Shown: positions 51,229 to 64,000 of the stretch, in pieces | Layout of the letters: every line of letters starts with the position of its first letter | Position numbering within the stretch: the stretch's first letter is position 1 | DNA from: Epiperipatus broadwayi | Lineage: Eukaryota > Animalia > Onychophora | Direction: 5' to 3' | Assembly (NCBI GenBank): GCA_028023455.1 | Contig: JAQFVV010000003.1 | Coordinates: 11,780,001 to 11,844,000 of the forward strand | DNA: 64,000 nt | Made by a program: the position numbers and the translations under genes | The notes under the pieces: generated by a model | What the model was told of the DNA's origin: nothing | What the model saw: the letters and a program-made list of their open reading frames with translations, nothing else | Database searches by the model: none

Positions 51229-52697
51229 AGGCAATGTATCTTTATTTATACGAATTTAAAACGAATGGGGAAGTGAGGTTGTTTAATATATCTATTAAAT
51301 ATTATACTGATTATTTAATATATGTATTGTAATAGAATAATGGCATAGTGATGATTATTAAGATATATATTGGAGTGCCAAAATATATAGTAGTATTGAC
51401 AGCCACTTGATGGTTCTAGGTATAATAATTAATTACTTTCATATTAAGAGTTGGCAAAAAGTTACATGGTAAAAATCAGAATGAATTTTATTTTCAAGGA
51501 TAATTATCTTTACTTTTAGAAGGTATTGCCCTTTATTCTACTAAACAGGCTGATTATATATTATTATTTAACATTTTAAATCCTGAATTCTTTTATTATA
51601 AATATGTCTATTAATTAGCGCAATTTTAAAAGTCAGACACTATATATGAGTAAGATATATTATATACATAATAACAAAATATCAGGACATCCATAAAAAA
51701 GTAATAATGAATTTAATAATGCTAATTCATTAAGATATTAATAATACAATAACTATTAAAATATTATATAAATACACAAATATATATATATTATCAATAT
51801 CAAACACTTTATATCCTCGTGTATTTCTATTGTTTCATTGATCAAGCAAAGTGATATTATTCATTAAGTACCAACATTAAAATATCACTTTGCATAATAA
51901 ATCAGACAATAGAAATACATGTGAATATAAATTATTTGATATTGATAACACATATATTTGTGCATTTATACATATGATAATCATTAAGAAAATAATGCAT
52001 ACACAAATAAGTTAAAAGTAAAAAATATATATAAATATTCCAATATTCAATACTTTCAATAGTATGTTTATCAAAGAAATTTTAAATCTCTCTCTATATT
52101 TTTAAGAATGAAAATCTTACCTAGGTAAATTATTAAAATTTTTGAATAATTTTATCAATTTTCAGTACTTTCTTTGATAGTTTGAGAAGGTTATCTAATC
52201 TAATTTTAATTCTTGTTCTGAGTTGTCTGAGCATAAGTTTAATTTTAATTTGTAGCCAATCTTAGGGTTTCTGTATAATTTTCAGCAGTTTCTTATGTTC
52301 ATTGCACTATTATATCACAAATAATATAATTATCAGGTTTTGAAAACATTTAGCTAGATATGCTTCTTTTCTTTGTAGAAATTAATTGTTGGTCACAAAT
52401 GTTTAACCTAAATGTAGGTCTGTCTAGCAAGTCATAGTTTTAAGTTATCCACAATAATGATATGAAACATTGTATTCATTCAGAGAGCATCATCATATCC
52501 AATGTCTTTCCACCTTATAAATTTTACCAATAATTTACAATCAAGTTATTCCTTGACTTTCTTTTCTGACAAAATACTTCACTATTATTTTTTCAGGCAG
52601 CCTTTGGTTCATCCAAGTTTATAAGAGATCTCTGTAGTAAGAGTGAGACTGAGAATAATAATAATTTTAGTCCAAAGTTTTCCTTTTAAAATGTTAT
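51229..52697 (-). repeat. ~1.5-kb dispersed repeat, copy 2, contiguous with the family B hammerhead
   Basis: Reverse complement of 45058-46530. Confidence 0.85.
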
Positions 52698-55600
52698 TTT
52701 TCTCTGAAACTGTCATGTAAAGTCCATGTGATTTGGACTTTATAAAAATGCTTATTGGCAAATTTTGCTAATTCTCATAGGGATTGATACCAAAAAGGAT
52801 GATCAGGAAATATAACTAATGATTATTAGTTTGATCCCCTTTTAAATAATACAGGTTTTTATCAGCGTGTCTATATATTTAATTGACTTGAAATAATTCC
52901 ATATGTAAGGCCTGTAGTAATTAATTTAACTAACTTACATATAAAATTCAGTGCATAGAAATTTTTGCACCCCATGTATGTTTTGAATGTGTAGGACTAT
53001 TAAAGTAGAATGTTGTAGAGAGAGTGAATGGGGTAAGTTCCTGGTACAATATAAAATTTAAAAATTTTAAAAAACACTAAATAAATTATAACTATTAAGT
53101 ATATAATACTGAGAATATAAACTTATTCAAGAAATAACCAAATTAAACAAAGTACTACAATAATTTACAATTCAGATTCCTAAAGAATCATTTTTTTAAC
53201 AAATGTACAAATGGGATCAAATGTATAATGTTAAGAATATAAATTTATTCAAGAAACCCCTAAGTCTGCATAAGTTACTAGTATAATTCACAAGTCAGAT
53301 TCCTAAAGTATCATTTTTTAACAAACTGGCAAACAAGTGGATATCAGATAATATTATTTGCAAGTTTTTTAAAAAAAATATTTTTTAAGAATATAATATG
53401 TGAATTATTGTAGTAATATATTCAGATTTCTTACTCCAATAATAACTTTATATATATACACATGTGCAAAGTCTGTACAAAAAACCAACTGTGACAAATT
53501 TTTCTACTAACCAAATTAAAAATCAAAGTAGCTTTCTCAATTGACACCAAGCTACATCCATTTTCTGAAATTTTTATTTCCATCAGTTAAACTTGTATGG
53601 ATTAGACATGCAAATTTTACCAGAAATTGTAATCTAAAATTGAAAAGTTTCTCTAATGGATTTTTTTTTTTTTTTTGCTAAGCAAGCACTGTTGCAGCTA
53701 ATTATTTTTGATGAAGGACAAAAAAAAATCTATCAATTCTTGAATATGAGTCCACTTGTACTGGGTATTAAAATATGACTATCTATTCTTTTTCTCCATT
53801 CTTAATTATTTACAGATAAAACCCAATATTTGTATTATGATATAATTATAAGCATGCATTCTAATTCTACAATTAACAACTTGAAAAAAAATCTAGCATA
53901 TATATATGCTAGTTTTCATTTATTGTAAGCAAAAACTCAAAATTATTTGTGAGATTACTATCAAGGCTAAACTAATATGCAACATCAAGAAGAAATGTCA
54001 TCATGGAGTGCATCTGCATTATTAGAAATCAAAATTTAGATTTCAGTAAAATAATTAAGTCAGTTTTTCAAATAGAAATTCTAGATAATATAATCAAATA
54101 TTATTTTATTATATTTTTTTGAAGCTATAACTCCACAAGTTCCCAGGGTTAGGTTAGACTCCAAAAAAAAATTCTGGTTTTCATGGAAAAAATAATTAAA
54201 TTATTGCATCCATAATAAATATTTAGAGAAAAAGTAGTAGTAAACATCTGACTTAAGCTTTTCTTTAAAAAAAAAAAAGAATAAATGAGCATTTTTCTAA
54301 TATAGTTCCAGAAAGACGTATTTTCATAATCAGGTTAAAAATTCTATCTTGAGTTTTACAGAATGCATACATATTGTGCAGTGATCTAAAGATGAATTTG
54401 ATATTTGTGTTTTAATGGAAATTGTCCATTATCATATGTTCCATAGTATGTAGAATTTTTTAGTTGAAAGTTCACACCATAACTGAAATTGGGAGAAAGT
54501 ACTTTAGGCAATCTGGCTGTATTTTACATGATTTAGATTTTTAACCATCAATTGATCTACAATATAACAAATTTCATTTTATCAGAAATAATGATTTACC
54601 CAGGTTAATAATATTTGTTTATACTTATAAATTCTTTTGAATTATTTAACAAGTATATAATGGATTAATAATTTCAGACCAATTACCCTAATACCACTCA
54701 CTAGTAGTGGCAGACAAATTCAGAACTCTATATGAATGTAAGTGAATGCTCATTCCCAAATGTCTTTAATAACATGAGTAATGATCTAGTAAAAAGATTG
54801 CAACGTGGATTATAAAAGACAATGATCTTTTTATAAATAAATTAATGATCACTATTTTAATCATCAAATGGAATCTATGCAGATTAAACACTTTTGAACT
54901 GAAAGATAATTGTTTCTGATTACATTATTATCTATGAGCTGACCTTTATGAAATTGCACAGATTAGCATGCTAAGAAACTTATATGATGTTCCATAAATA
55001 TTGATAATAAACATTTTCTTACTGCAATTTTCCAAATAATCTTTCAAAAAGATATAGATCTTTGTTATTTAAGTAAAATTGATGAAGGTGAAGGTAAGTT
55101 ACAACCTAATTATAATGAAGACATCATTATCATATGCAAATACAATGAAAAATCACATTAAATAATTTTACTTAATTCTTCGTGAAAAAATTAACCAAAA
55201 TAAAGACATAAACAAACACTGAGTGATATCTTCAGTAATATGGAATAACTAACAGTCTAGTTTAGTATCTGACAAAAAATATCTTCTTTGCTGTTTTTCT
55301 CAGGAGTACTACTGGAAAGATCTTTGTTCAGCATTGAACCTATTTAAAGATATTTTATGTATAATATTTAAAAATTAAATTGATATGGTGAATTATCTAT
55401 AATCTATATTTATATTTAATCGGTATGCTTATTTTTTTATGTCACTTTTTGTTTTTTTACAATCAAACTTTTATTTTAATATACTTTCCCTAACTTTAAT
55501 TAAAATTTAATTACATCAATGAAATAATCAAGTTAACTTTTTAAATAAATAAAAAAAAGTCCAAAGGAAAGATTTTTTTTTTTTTACTGATAAGCTATCT

Positions 55601-57232
55601 TTTCTATGATAAGAATTAAGCTATCTTTTTAATTAGAAAATGTTAAGGGTTTTAAGTATTAATTTCGCTAGTAATTACACTTTATGAATAAAACTTTTTC
55701 TAAGAGTGAAGATTCAGTAAGGATGGTTTTTTAAGTAGTTAATCTCTTTTTCTTTCATCTTTGAAAGTTATTGCCTTTTGAAAATGATGGAAAGTGTGTT
55801 GTAATAGTATATTGGTTAATGATCTTTTTAATAGTTTTTTTTTACTCAAAGTAAAGGGCACCCTCAGTCATTCATATATGTAATTGATAACTTCAAATGT
55901 GAGACTCAAAGGCCAAGCTTTTAGGGATATATATAATTAGTAATTACATATATAAACATATGGGTATTTATATGGTGAATATCAGCTGTTGTCTTGCAGG
56001 AATAAATAAATAAATAAATGTTATTAACTATTATTTTTTATGTTTTCAAACATATTACATTTTTTTGTTTTTGATTTTTTTTTTTTAGAAAAAATTATAT
56101 TTATTAATTAGTTTATTCTAGTATAGTTTAGTATGTGAACTGTGACTCCATTAAAAGGTAGAGCATACATGCAAATAATATTTAAATATTATATCTAAGA
56201 TACTGCAAGGAAGTAGAATACTGGTTTTTTTTTTTATTGATAGGATAAGACTTAGGACAAAATTCAATGGACCACAACAATTAGAAAGATGTTGAAGTCT
56301 TTTAGAAAGAAATATTTGCTGCAGATGAAATAAAAGACAGCATGATAATTAATATTGTCTTTAAGTCTGTTAGAATGCTTGCTCAAATCTCATGCTTTAT
56401 AGGAGATCTGCACAGAATCAAATATAATAATCAAATTTTCAAAATATTATTAAAACTACATTGTCTTATAGAATTCAATCAGCAGTACTGTGATGTGCTG
56501 TAAAAATTAAGTTTTCTGAAATATAAGGTTTTGAAAATGATTGCATTTTTATAATTCTATTATAACAGTTTGTTTATTTATAAGTGAATAAATTTCACAA
56601 TTATTAAATACATTTTTTTATATTTTAAGGCAATTTCACTTTGGAGTAAATTTATCATAAAATTAGCATGTAATGTATTTACATAAATTATTTTTGTTTT
56701 TGTTTTTTTTTTAAAGTTAAATATAATAATAATAAAATTATTTAATAACTTCTATAACTCAAGAAAGATGATTTAATTTGACATCATATTTTTTATGAAA
56801 CAATTGTGCCTTGTAGTAAATTTTAATACAATAACATTTAAGTTTTTATTTTATTAATATCTAATATTGTTGTTAGCATCTGAAAAAACTGCACTTTCAA
56901 ATTTTTGTAGAATAGGTCTCCTCGAAGTTGAAAAACAAACTTCTTTGGATTCCATTTAGATGTTTTGAATAATATTGATTTTGACTAAAGCTCTGAACAT
57001 TCTAAGAATGCCAATGTCACAATATGTTCAATAAATAGAGTAATGAACTATCATTTGATACATGTGGACATATTTATGTTTGGCTGATTGGTTCCATATA
57101 ATTATTTTAAATACCTTTAATTTTTTGTCTATTTTTTCTAATATTTAATTTGATGTTACAATGGTCATATTCATTTATGAGGGCTACTAATAATGATAAA
57201 AATAGACATATTGCTCTATAGTTCATTATTAT

Positions 57233-57420
57233 TATTATTTCTGGGAGCTTCCATGTAATAAAAATATAATAGCTAAATAGCTGATGTTTCAGTACAATAA
57301 CGACACACATTCTTATGATTTGAAAAAGAAGAAGCTCTGAGGAAAGTAGTTGTTATTATACTGAAACGTCCGCTATTTAACTATTATATTTTTATTACAC
57401 AGAAGTTCCCGGAAATAATA
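57233..57420. repeat. family C inverted repeat (~72-bp arms) containing a candidate minimal hammerhead (57333-57374, +)
   Basis: Arms 57233-57304 and 57349-57420. AGCU CUGAGGA a AGUA(guuguuauua)UACU GAA ACGU C cGCU. The other arm reads GAAACAUCAGCU, so the consensus restores stem I AGCU/AGCU. Confidence 0.55.
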
Positions 57421-58660
57421 CTATGTATCCATCATTTATCCATGAGAATATTAGGATATAGATATATATTAAGTAGACATAGATAATGAATATGAAATTT
57501 AAATGGAATTAGCAACATCCATGAAAGTTATGTATAAATAACATTTAGGTATCAATAAATGATAAAAATAGAATGTACCATATATGCCTTAAACCTTTAA
57601 TGGTCATAAGCTTTTGTTTATTGATGTTACTAGAAATATATAGTGGAAATTGTGCCATATTTAAATGAAGCTAATATATCATTTCCATTCTTTATTTCCA
57701 ACAACATCAATACACAAAAGGTTATAATCACTGAAAGCTTAAACAATAGGTGGTCCATTCTATTCTTTATTATTTATTGATGTATGAATGTTATTTATAT
57801 AGCTTCCAGAGTTGTTGTTATATTTAAATTTAAATATATATATATATGTGTGTGTGTGCGTGTATGGGAGTTATATTTATGCAGTAAAGGGAAGAATAAC
57901 TTAATAATTCTAGATCATTTAAAATTTTCACTATTTTCAATAAAAGATGAGTTGAGAAACCTAAAAATTTTGATAGCAGACCAATAAAATGAAAGGAATT
58001 TCTTTTTACTGAAGTGGAATAATTACTTTCTAATGTATTTTTCTATTATTAAATAATTTCAGAAAATATTTTTTGGATGCAAGATGAGGACTAGGTCATC
58101 CATTTATGAAATATGTGAGAAGTAAACATGCCTAATAATTTATGTTTGAGAAGTAAACTGATACATAAAATAAAAAGTAATAAATTTAATGAAGAAGTTT
58201 GTGGAACTGAATTAAGTGAAATAAAGCCAGACAATATTTTGCCTATTAGAATAAGAAAAGAGATAGGTATGTGATATTGTGTAAGCAGATATAGGAATTT
58301 AAGTATCAAGATGGAATCTACTGCTGATTTAATAATTAAATGTCACATTTGGTGCTGCTTTTCTAATGTTTCAAATAGGTTATTACTGTATTAATGATGT
58401 ATGAGGTTTAATTTTTTTTAAGATGTATTCATAAACATTATAGTTCAATGCATTATATAAAATGGAGCAATAAGCAACCTAAATATATGATAATGACATT
58501 AATATCTTGCAAAGTGAATGATATACTGTCATTGATTCGGAACTATGATTTGATATTGTGCTGACATCAAATTAATTTTTGTATATATACTGAAGCATTG
58601 TGCTCTATACCACAGACAGATAGATGGCTAATGTAGTTAGAACATTTACATTGAAAACAA

Positions 58661-58692
58661 TGATGATGATGATGATGATGATGATGATGGTG

Positions 58693-58730
<38 letters not shown>
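58661..58730. repeat. (GAT)n(AAT)n microsatellite
   Basis: Directly visible. Confidence 0.95.
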
Positions 58731-59939
58731 TTATTATTTATCAAACAATACATATAAAAAAGAGAAATAGTCCAAACAAGATAACTTGTGCTAGAAGTCT
58801 TTCTTAAATTATTAATTACAAATCAAAAACAAAAACACCAACAAAAATAATAATAATAAAATACATTATTTTACATTACTATACTATAAATACTAAAACA
58901 AATACAAAACAAATAAAATAATAATAATAATAATGAGGACAGTAGTTATAAAGATGAAGTAGTAACTAATAGAATTTAAATTAAAGATTTAAAAATAATT
59001 GTATTTAATTAATGCTTCTATTATAATATTTTATTCTTTTAATATTAATGAAATAAATAATTCATTCTTTTCATCAAATAAAAGTCTATAATTGAAATGT
59101 AAAGATGAATATATAAATATGTGTTATATACAATACATATTTTATTAATTTTTTACCTTTTTAAAATAAATATTTTATTTTCAATTTTAAAATAAGTATT
59201 TTAAACAAGGCAGAAAAATGAATCAAATTAAAAATCTGCATATATAAAATAAGAGTTAAAATTTAATCAAATTATCAATTATGTGACAGAATGGGGATGA
59301 ACTTTATTTCATTAAGTATTTGGTTATTAAAATGTGAAGTCAATTTAATACAAATTGTTCTATATAATCCAGTCTTTGGTCAAAATTATTGTAATTTATG
59401 AGATATTGTTGTAAAAATTGCTGTTATTTTCTGTCAAAAATGAATAATATATTATATTTTATGACCCTGAGGATCTTTAATTGCTAAGTTAAAATCGTTT
59501 TATAGCATGAATGCTTTCCATAGTAAAGATCAGAGAAAATTATTTATCAATGATTATCCAGAAAGAAAAATTAACTCCTATATATTATTAAAATTATTCA
59601 TTTACAGGCATGCATTTTATACTTCATTATACAAATACTTGTTTATATTTGATTTTAGTAGCTTTCAAAATATGAATTATCAACCTTATATATATATACA
59701 AGAGTACCTGCACTGTTATTTTTAATTGTTGGAGGTTTACAAAGAACTAAGTTTGTTTATTTCACTTTAAAAAATGTAATTATTTAATATTCATAATAAA
59801 AAAAATATTTTAAATTTAATTCAAAATTATAAAAATTTAACAATATAGTGTAACAGTATACATATGCAATTACATTATTTTAAAATTAAAATAAACGGGG
59901 GGGGGGGGGAAATAATCATAAATAAAATTGACTTATTAA

Positions 59940-62900
59940 AAATGTAAAAGAAAATTAAAATAGTTATTTTAATGTACATATTATCGTACAGATGAAAAAC
60001 TATTTTAAAAAATGATTATTTAAAATATATATATATATAAAAAATAGGTCTAAAGATAAAGATTAATATTTTTTGTTTAAAAGTAATGAAAAAGAAAAAT
60101 GTTAATTGGTTTTAATTTAAAAATCATGTTTAAATCTTAGTGAACGGAAATGATTGTTCTATTAATTGAATCTAAAGCAAATGAGCTCTTGGGCACTGTA
60201 ATGTAACAGTCAGATAAGAGATAAAAATTAAAGATTGTTTCCCACTCTGAAGCAGAGTGACCAATGCAAGCACCAAGCCATGCATGGACCAGAAAGGAAA
60301 ACATCCGGACCTATAAAAACAAATAACATCATGTACAGTCGATTCGGAGAATTTGTGATAAGAGAGGCCAGAAATTATAAAAGAAAATAATTGAATTCAT
60401 TAGTTAATCTGACTATTAATCTATGTATTCCAGCTAGCTATAGTGCAGAGGCAGCTCCCCAACCACGGTTCCAGAAAGTATGGCTTGTAGCAGTTGTGGC
60501 TCCAAAGAAACTATTAGAAAATAATATAATCAGCAAGGATTTCCATAAACGGGATTAAATCTGGAGGAGTTATCAAGACCGAATGGGAAGTATGAACTTT
60601 TATCAGTTGAACTTTTTTTTAAAATATATCTCTTCAATAAGTAGTCAATCCATAAGAAAATATAAATAATAAGTGAACTCTTATCTGACCAGCAACAGGA
60701 CTCTAGATCAGTTAATAATCTATTTATTTACGTATTAAGTGTGTGAATCAATCATTTTTATTTTATTTTTATTAATTTTTTTTTTTATTTGTTAACTATA
60801 TTAAATGTAAAGTTGAGTGTAGATGGCTGCATATAGTCATTAAGTTTGGGGCTAGGTCATAGGGGTCAATTTCAGACTATTTGTTTCGTAGTTGAGTCGA
60901 TGCTGGTAGAGAGATGTATGGGTGCTTATATCAATGTAATATGAATTGTGTTAGCATACAGGTCACTGTGCCCAAATGAATGCATGGCCCAGAAGTGTAG
61001 CCATCGCATTGCAATGGGTGTGGATATATTTCCCACGCCATTGATCTCCTTTTGCCCTGTGGATTGGAACTATAAGTCAGCAAGGACTGCTCTCCCTCCA
61101 TATGGAGAATTTCATTTTCCATTTTATATACATGATTCCTTTACCAGACAGAAGCACATTCCTGTACTCATTGAAGATCATTCTTTTTAAATAATATCAT
61201 GCTGCAGATGCACGCTTCATGTTGCATTGGTTGCATCTGTATATCAGGAATCTAGCATTGGTTTAGCTGAGAACTTTTAGCCTGAGGTTAAATGTTTGAA
61301 AATCTTTTAAGTGCATAGTCTATATATGCTATCTATGCTCAACATTCTAAAATATTAAATTATATAAACTGTCCATCTGTGCAAACTTACTAAAAAACAG
61401 AATTTAAGTTTAAAAATCATAATAATAATAAAACCTAAGGCAATGTTAAATAATTTATTCCTCAATTTATTTTTATATATATTATGTAAATAAATGTTTG
61501 TATGATTATTACTGGCAGTGGCTTATTTTAAATTTTTTTCTTTATCAACAATACTTGAAGAATTTATATGTATAAATCTCAGCTACTCCTTGAGTCAGCG
61601 ACTAGGGCATATCAGTCAAATAAAATTGGATCTTTTCCCAAGATGTATCTGCCTACTATATAAATTTTCCAGGTCCAAATGGCCTGGTGGCACCCTGTAT
61701 GGCAGATAGTGTAAAAGTCCTTTTGACGGACCATTATAATAGAATTGATAAAAAATTTGAACAGATAAAAAAATTTCTGATAAATAACATTTCAGATTGT
61801 ATCTTATTCTCTAGCATCTTTCAATCCCAATCTGACAATTTTTTTAATAAATAAATAAAGTTTTGAATTAACATGTGATACAATCCACTTCAAATTATCT
61901 TCATGATTAATATCTTGAACAATCTGCTTTTATAAAATCTATTTTTCAACAGCTTATTAAATAGTATTGCTAATTTATACATTCAGACTTTACTATAAAG
62001 TAGAATGTATTATCGATATTTAAATAACAATGTTATTACTATGTTCATGAATTGAGGGTTACTTTGAAGGTAGTTTATAAGGGCAGCTATTAAAAAATAT
62101 TTAAACAATTACTTTTGTTAAAAATTATTATTTTATAATAGCAATAATTATATATATATATTATAACGGTCAGGGTGGTTGGAGCTAAGTCATACCGTAT
62201 CAGCCAAACAGGGCGCCATCTAGGCTACTTACAACCTAGAAAATTTATAAAGTAGACAGATACGCGCAGTTAAAAATCCAACCTTTTATTTTATTGACCG
62301 TTTGCCCTTGCCACTAGCTCAAAGAGATGCAAAAACTTTAAAATATATTAATATTTAATAAAATAAGCCACTGCCAGTAATTAACACACAAACATTTATT
62401 AATGCACATGTATAATATTTAAAATTGAGGAATAAATTTAGACTTTACAATTAGTTTTAAATTGGTTATTATTATTTTTAAATTGAAATTGTTTAATAAA
62501 CTGCACAGATGGACATTTAAATTATATTTTACTTTAGCATGTTGAGCATAGATAGGCTACATAGATTTTTTTTACTTAAAAACTTATCAAAACATTCATT
62601 CAATCTCAGACTAAAAGTTCGTAGCCAAACCAACGCCTGCTTCCAGATATAGTCGCAACCAATGCAATAATGAAGATGCTAGCATAAAATCATGCCGACA
62701 GGAATGTGCATCTGACAGCGTGATATTATTTGAAGAATATGATCTTTGACAGTATAAGAATGGGCATCTGTCTGACGAAGGAATCATGTATATAAATTAA
62801 ATAAAGAGTGCTACGTATGGGGGAGAGCAGTCTTTCTGCTGACATAATCCCTCCACAGAGCTAGAAGGGGTCAATAGTGCAGGAAATACGTCTGCAACCA

Positions 62901-63950
62901 TTGCAACGATATGACTACCTCTTTGGGGTCATGCATTCAGTTGGACATGTTGCCCTGTATGCTAAACACGCCTCACATTACATTGATATAAACACCCATA
63001 TATCCCTCCACAAACATCGTCCTAACTACGAAAAAATGGCCTAAAATTAACCTTTTAAAATAAACAAACGAATTTAAACATAGTTATTAATTTTTATCCA
63101 TGCAGCTATCTACACCCAATTTTAATTTGATACATTTTAATTAACACTTAACACACACAAAAAAAAGAGAAATTGAAATGATTGCTTAAACATATGCATA
63201 AAAAAAATTATTAATAATTGATTTTGAATTTTTTTTGGTCAGATAATTGTTCTTATTTTCAGCTATTAATTGCAATTTTAGAAAAGTTATTAGATAGACA
63301 CAAGAGTTCATACTTTACGGATTGAGCAGATTTAAAAGATCCATCTTCATGATCACTTTCTTAGATTTTATCCTTTGAAACGAAACTGCTACTTGCCATT
63401 CATTTGGTCAGGAACTGTCATCCAGAGGCCTCAACTGGTTGTCCAGAAAATTAAATTCATTGCAGACTTCAAACGTGAAATCTGCAATAAAACTAGTTAT
63501 GATGGTATATTCATAGTCAGCTCTAAGATAATTATAATAATAATTTGGCTTTTATATTTTTATTAGTCTCTTATCATCCAATCTTTGGATTCAATGAGCA
63601 AGACGTCACTAATCCTATGGTGTTTCAATTACGGTCCGTGCTGTCATTTTCGTGCTTGCATTGGTCATTTAATTTCTTTTTCTCTTACCACTTAATTTAT
63701 TTCAAGTGCCCCAAGGGCTAGTTTGCTCTAGAACAATCATTTATTTAATAAAACAATCATTTCCATTTTCTAACATTATAAAAATCAACATTATTTCTAT
63801 TTTCAAAAATATCAAATCTTTATATCTTTACTTTTTTACAAAAAAATACTTTCAAATGCATTTATTTTTAAAAGACTTCAAAGTTTCCCATCTGTGCAAT
63901 CTATATATACATTACACAACTTTAATTTTCAGTTTTTAAGTTAAGGTTTT
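59940..63950. repeat. old inverted duplication: arms ~59940-61740 and ~62160-63950 (may continue past the window end)
   Basis: Collinear reverse-complement anchors: gaccaatgcaagcac, cttgggcact, ttatctgacca, tatacatgattcct, gggtgc/ttatatcaatgtaat, ttactggcagtggcttatt. Many substitutions and indels. Confidence 0.85.
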
Positions 63951-64000
63951 TTTTCTCTTTTTAATAAATCAATTTTTATTCATGATCTTTTTACTTTAAT

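Noticed and set aside
54600-55150. RT-like NNFRPITL fragment (similar weak fragments near 40000-40550 and 58100-58350)
   Set aside because: Too decayed to assign boundaries or family.

Overview
Very AT-rich eukaryotic genomic DNA, probably from an invertebrate animal (inference). It is almost entirely nested retroelements, with no confidently identifiable host gene. All calls were made by eye and need alignment or folding checks. (1) An L1/Tx1-like LINE (minus strand, ~2961-15335) has its ORF1 split by a 6.3-kb Penelope-like element (PLE) insertion, 8608-14891. That insertion consists of tandem 2509-bp units plus an inverted arm, flanked by a 15-bp target-site duplication (TSD). (2) Four apparently unrelated families of minimal type-I hammerhead ribozymes (HHRs) with palindromic stem III occur here. 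One is inside the coding PLE and has a non-canonical core (A3-U8, extra U, CUU site). Three are in non-coding repeats (families A, B, C), including a tandem/inverted array of ~455-nt monomers at 29221-31011 that looks like a retrozyme. (3) Nearly all ribozyme-family insertions, from ~40 bp to 6.3 kb, are inverted with two 3' ends facing outward, and two share the target 10-mer TTAAATGAAA. (4) A 2.8-kb polyadenylated ORF1-only (half-L1-like) element, whose ORF1 is homologous to the LINE ORF1, is nested in a ribozyme repeat. (5) There are several RTE and L1 remnants, and an old ~1.8-kb-arm inverted duplication with vestigial Cys-rich coding potential at the right end.
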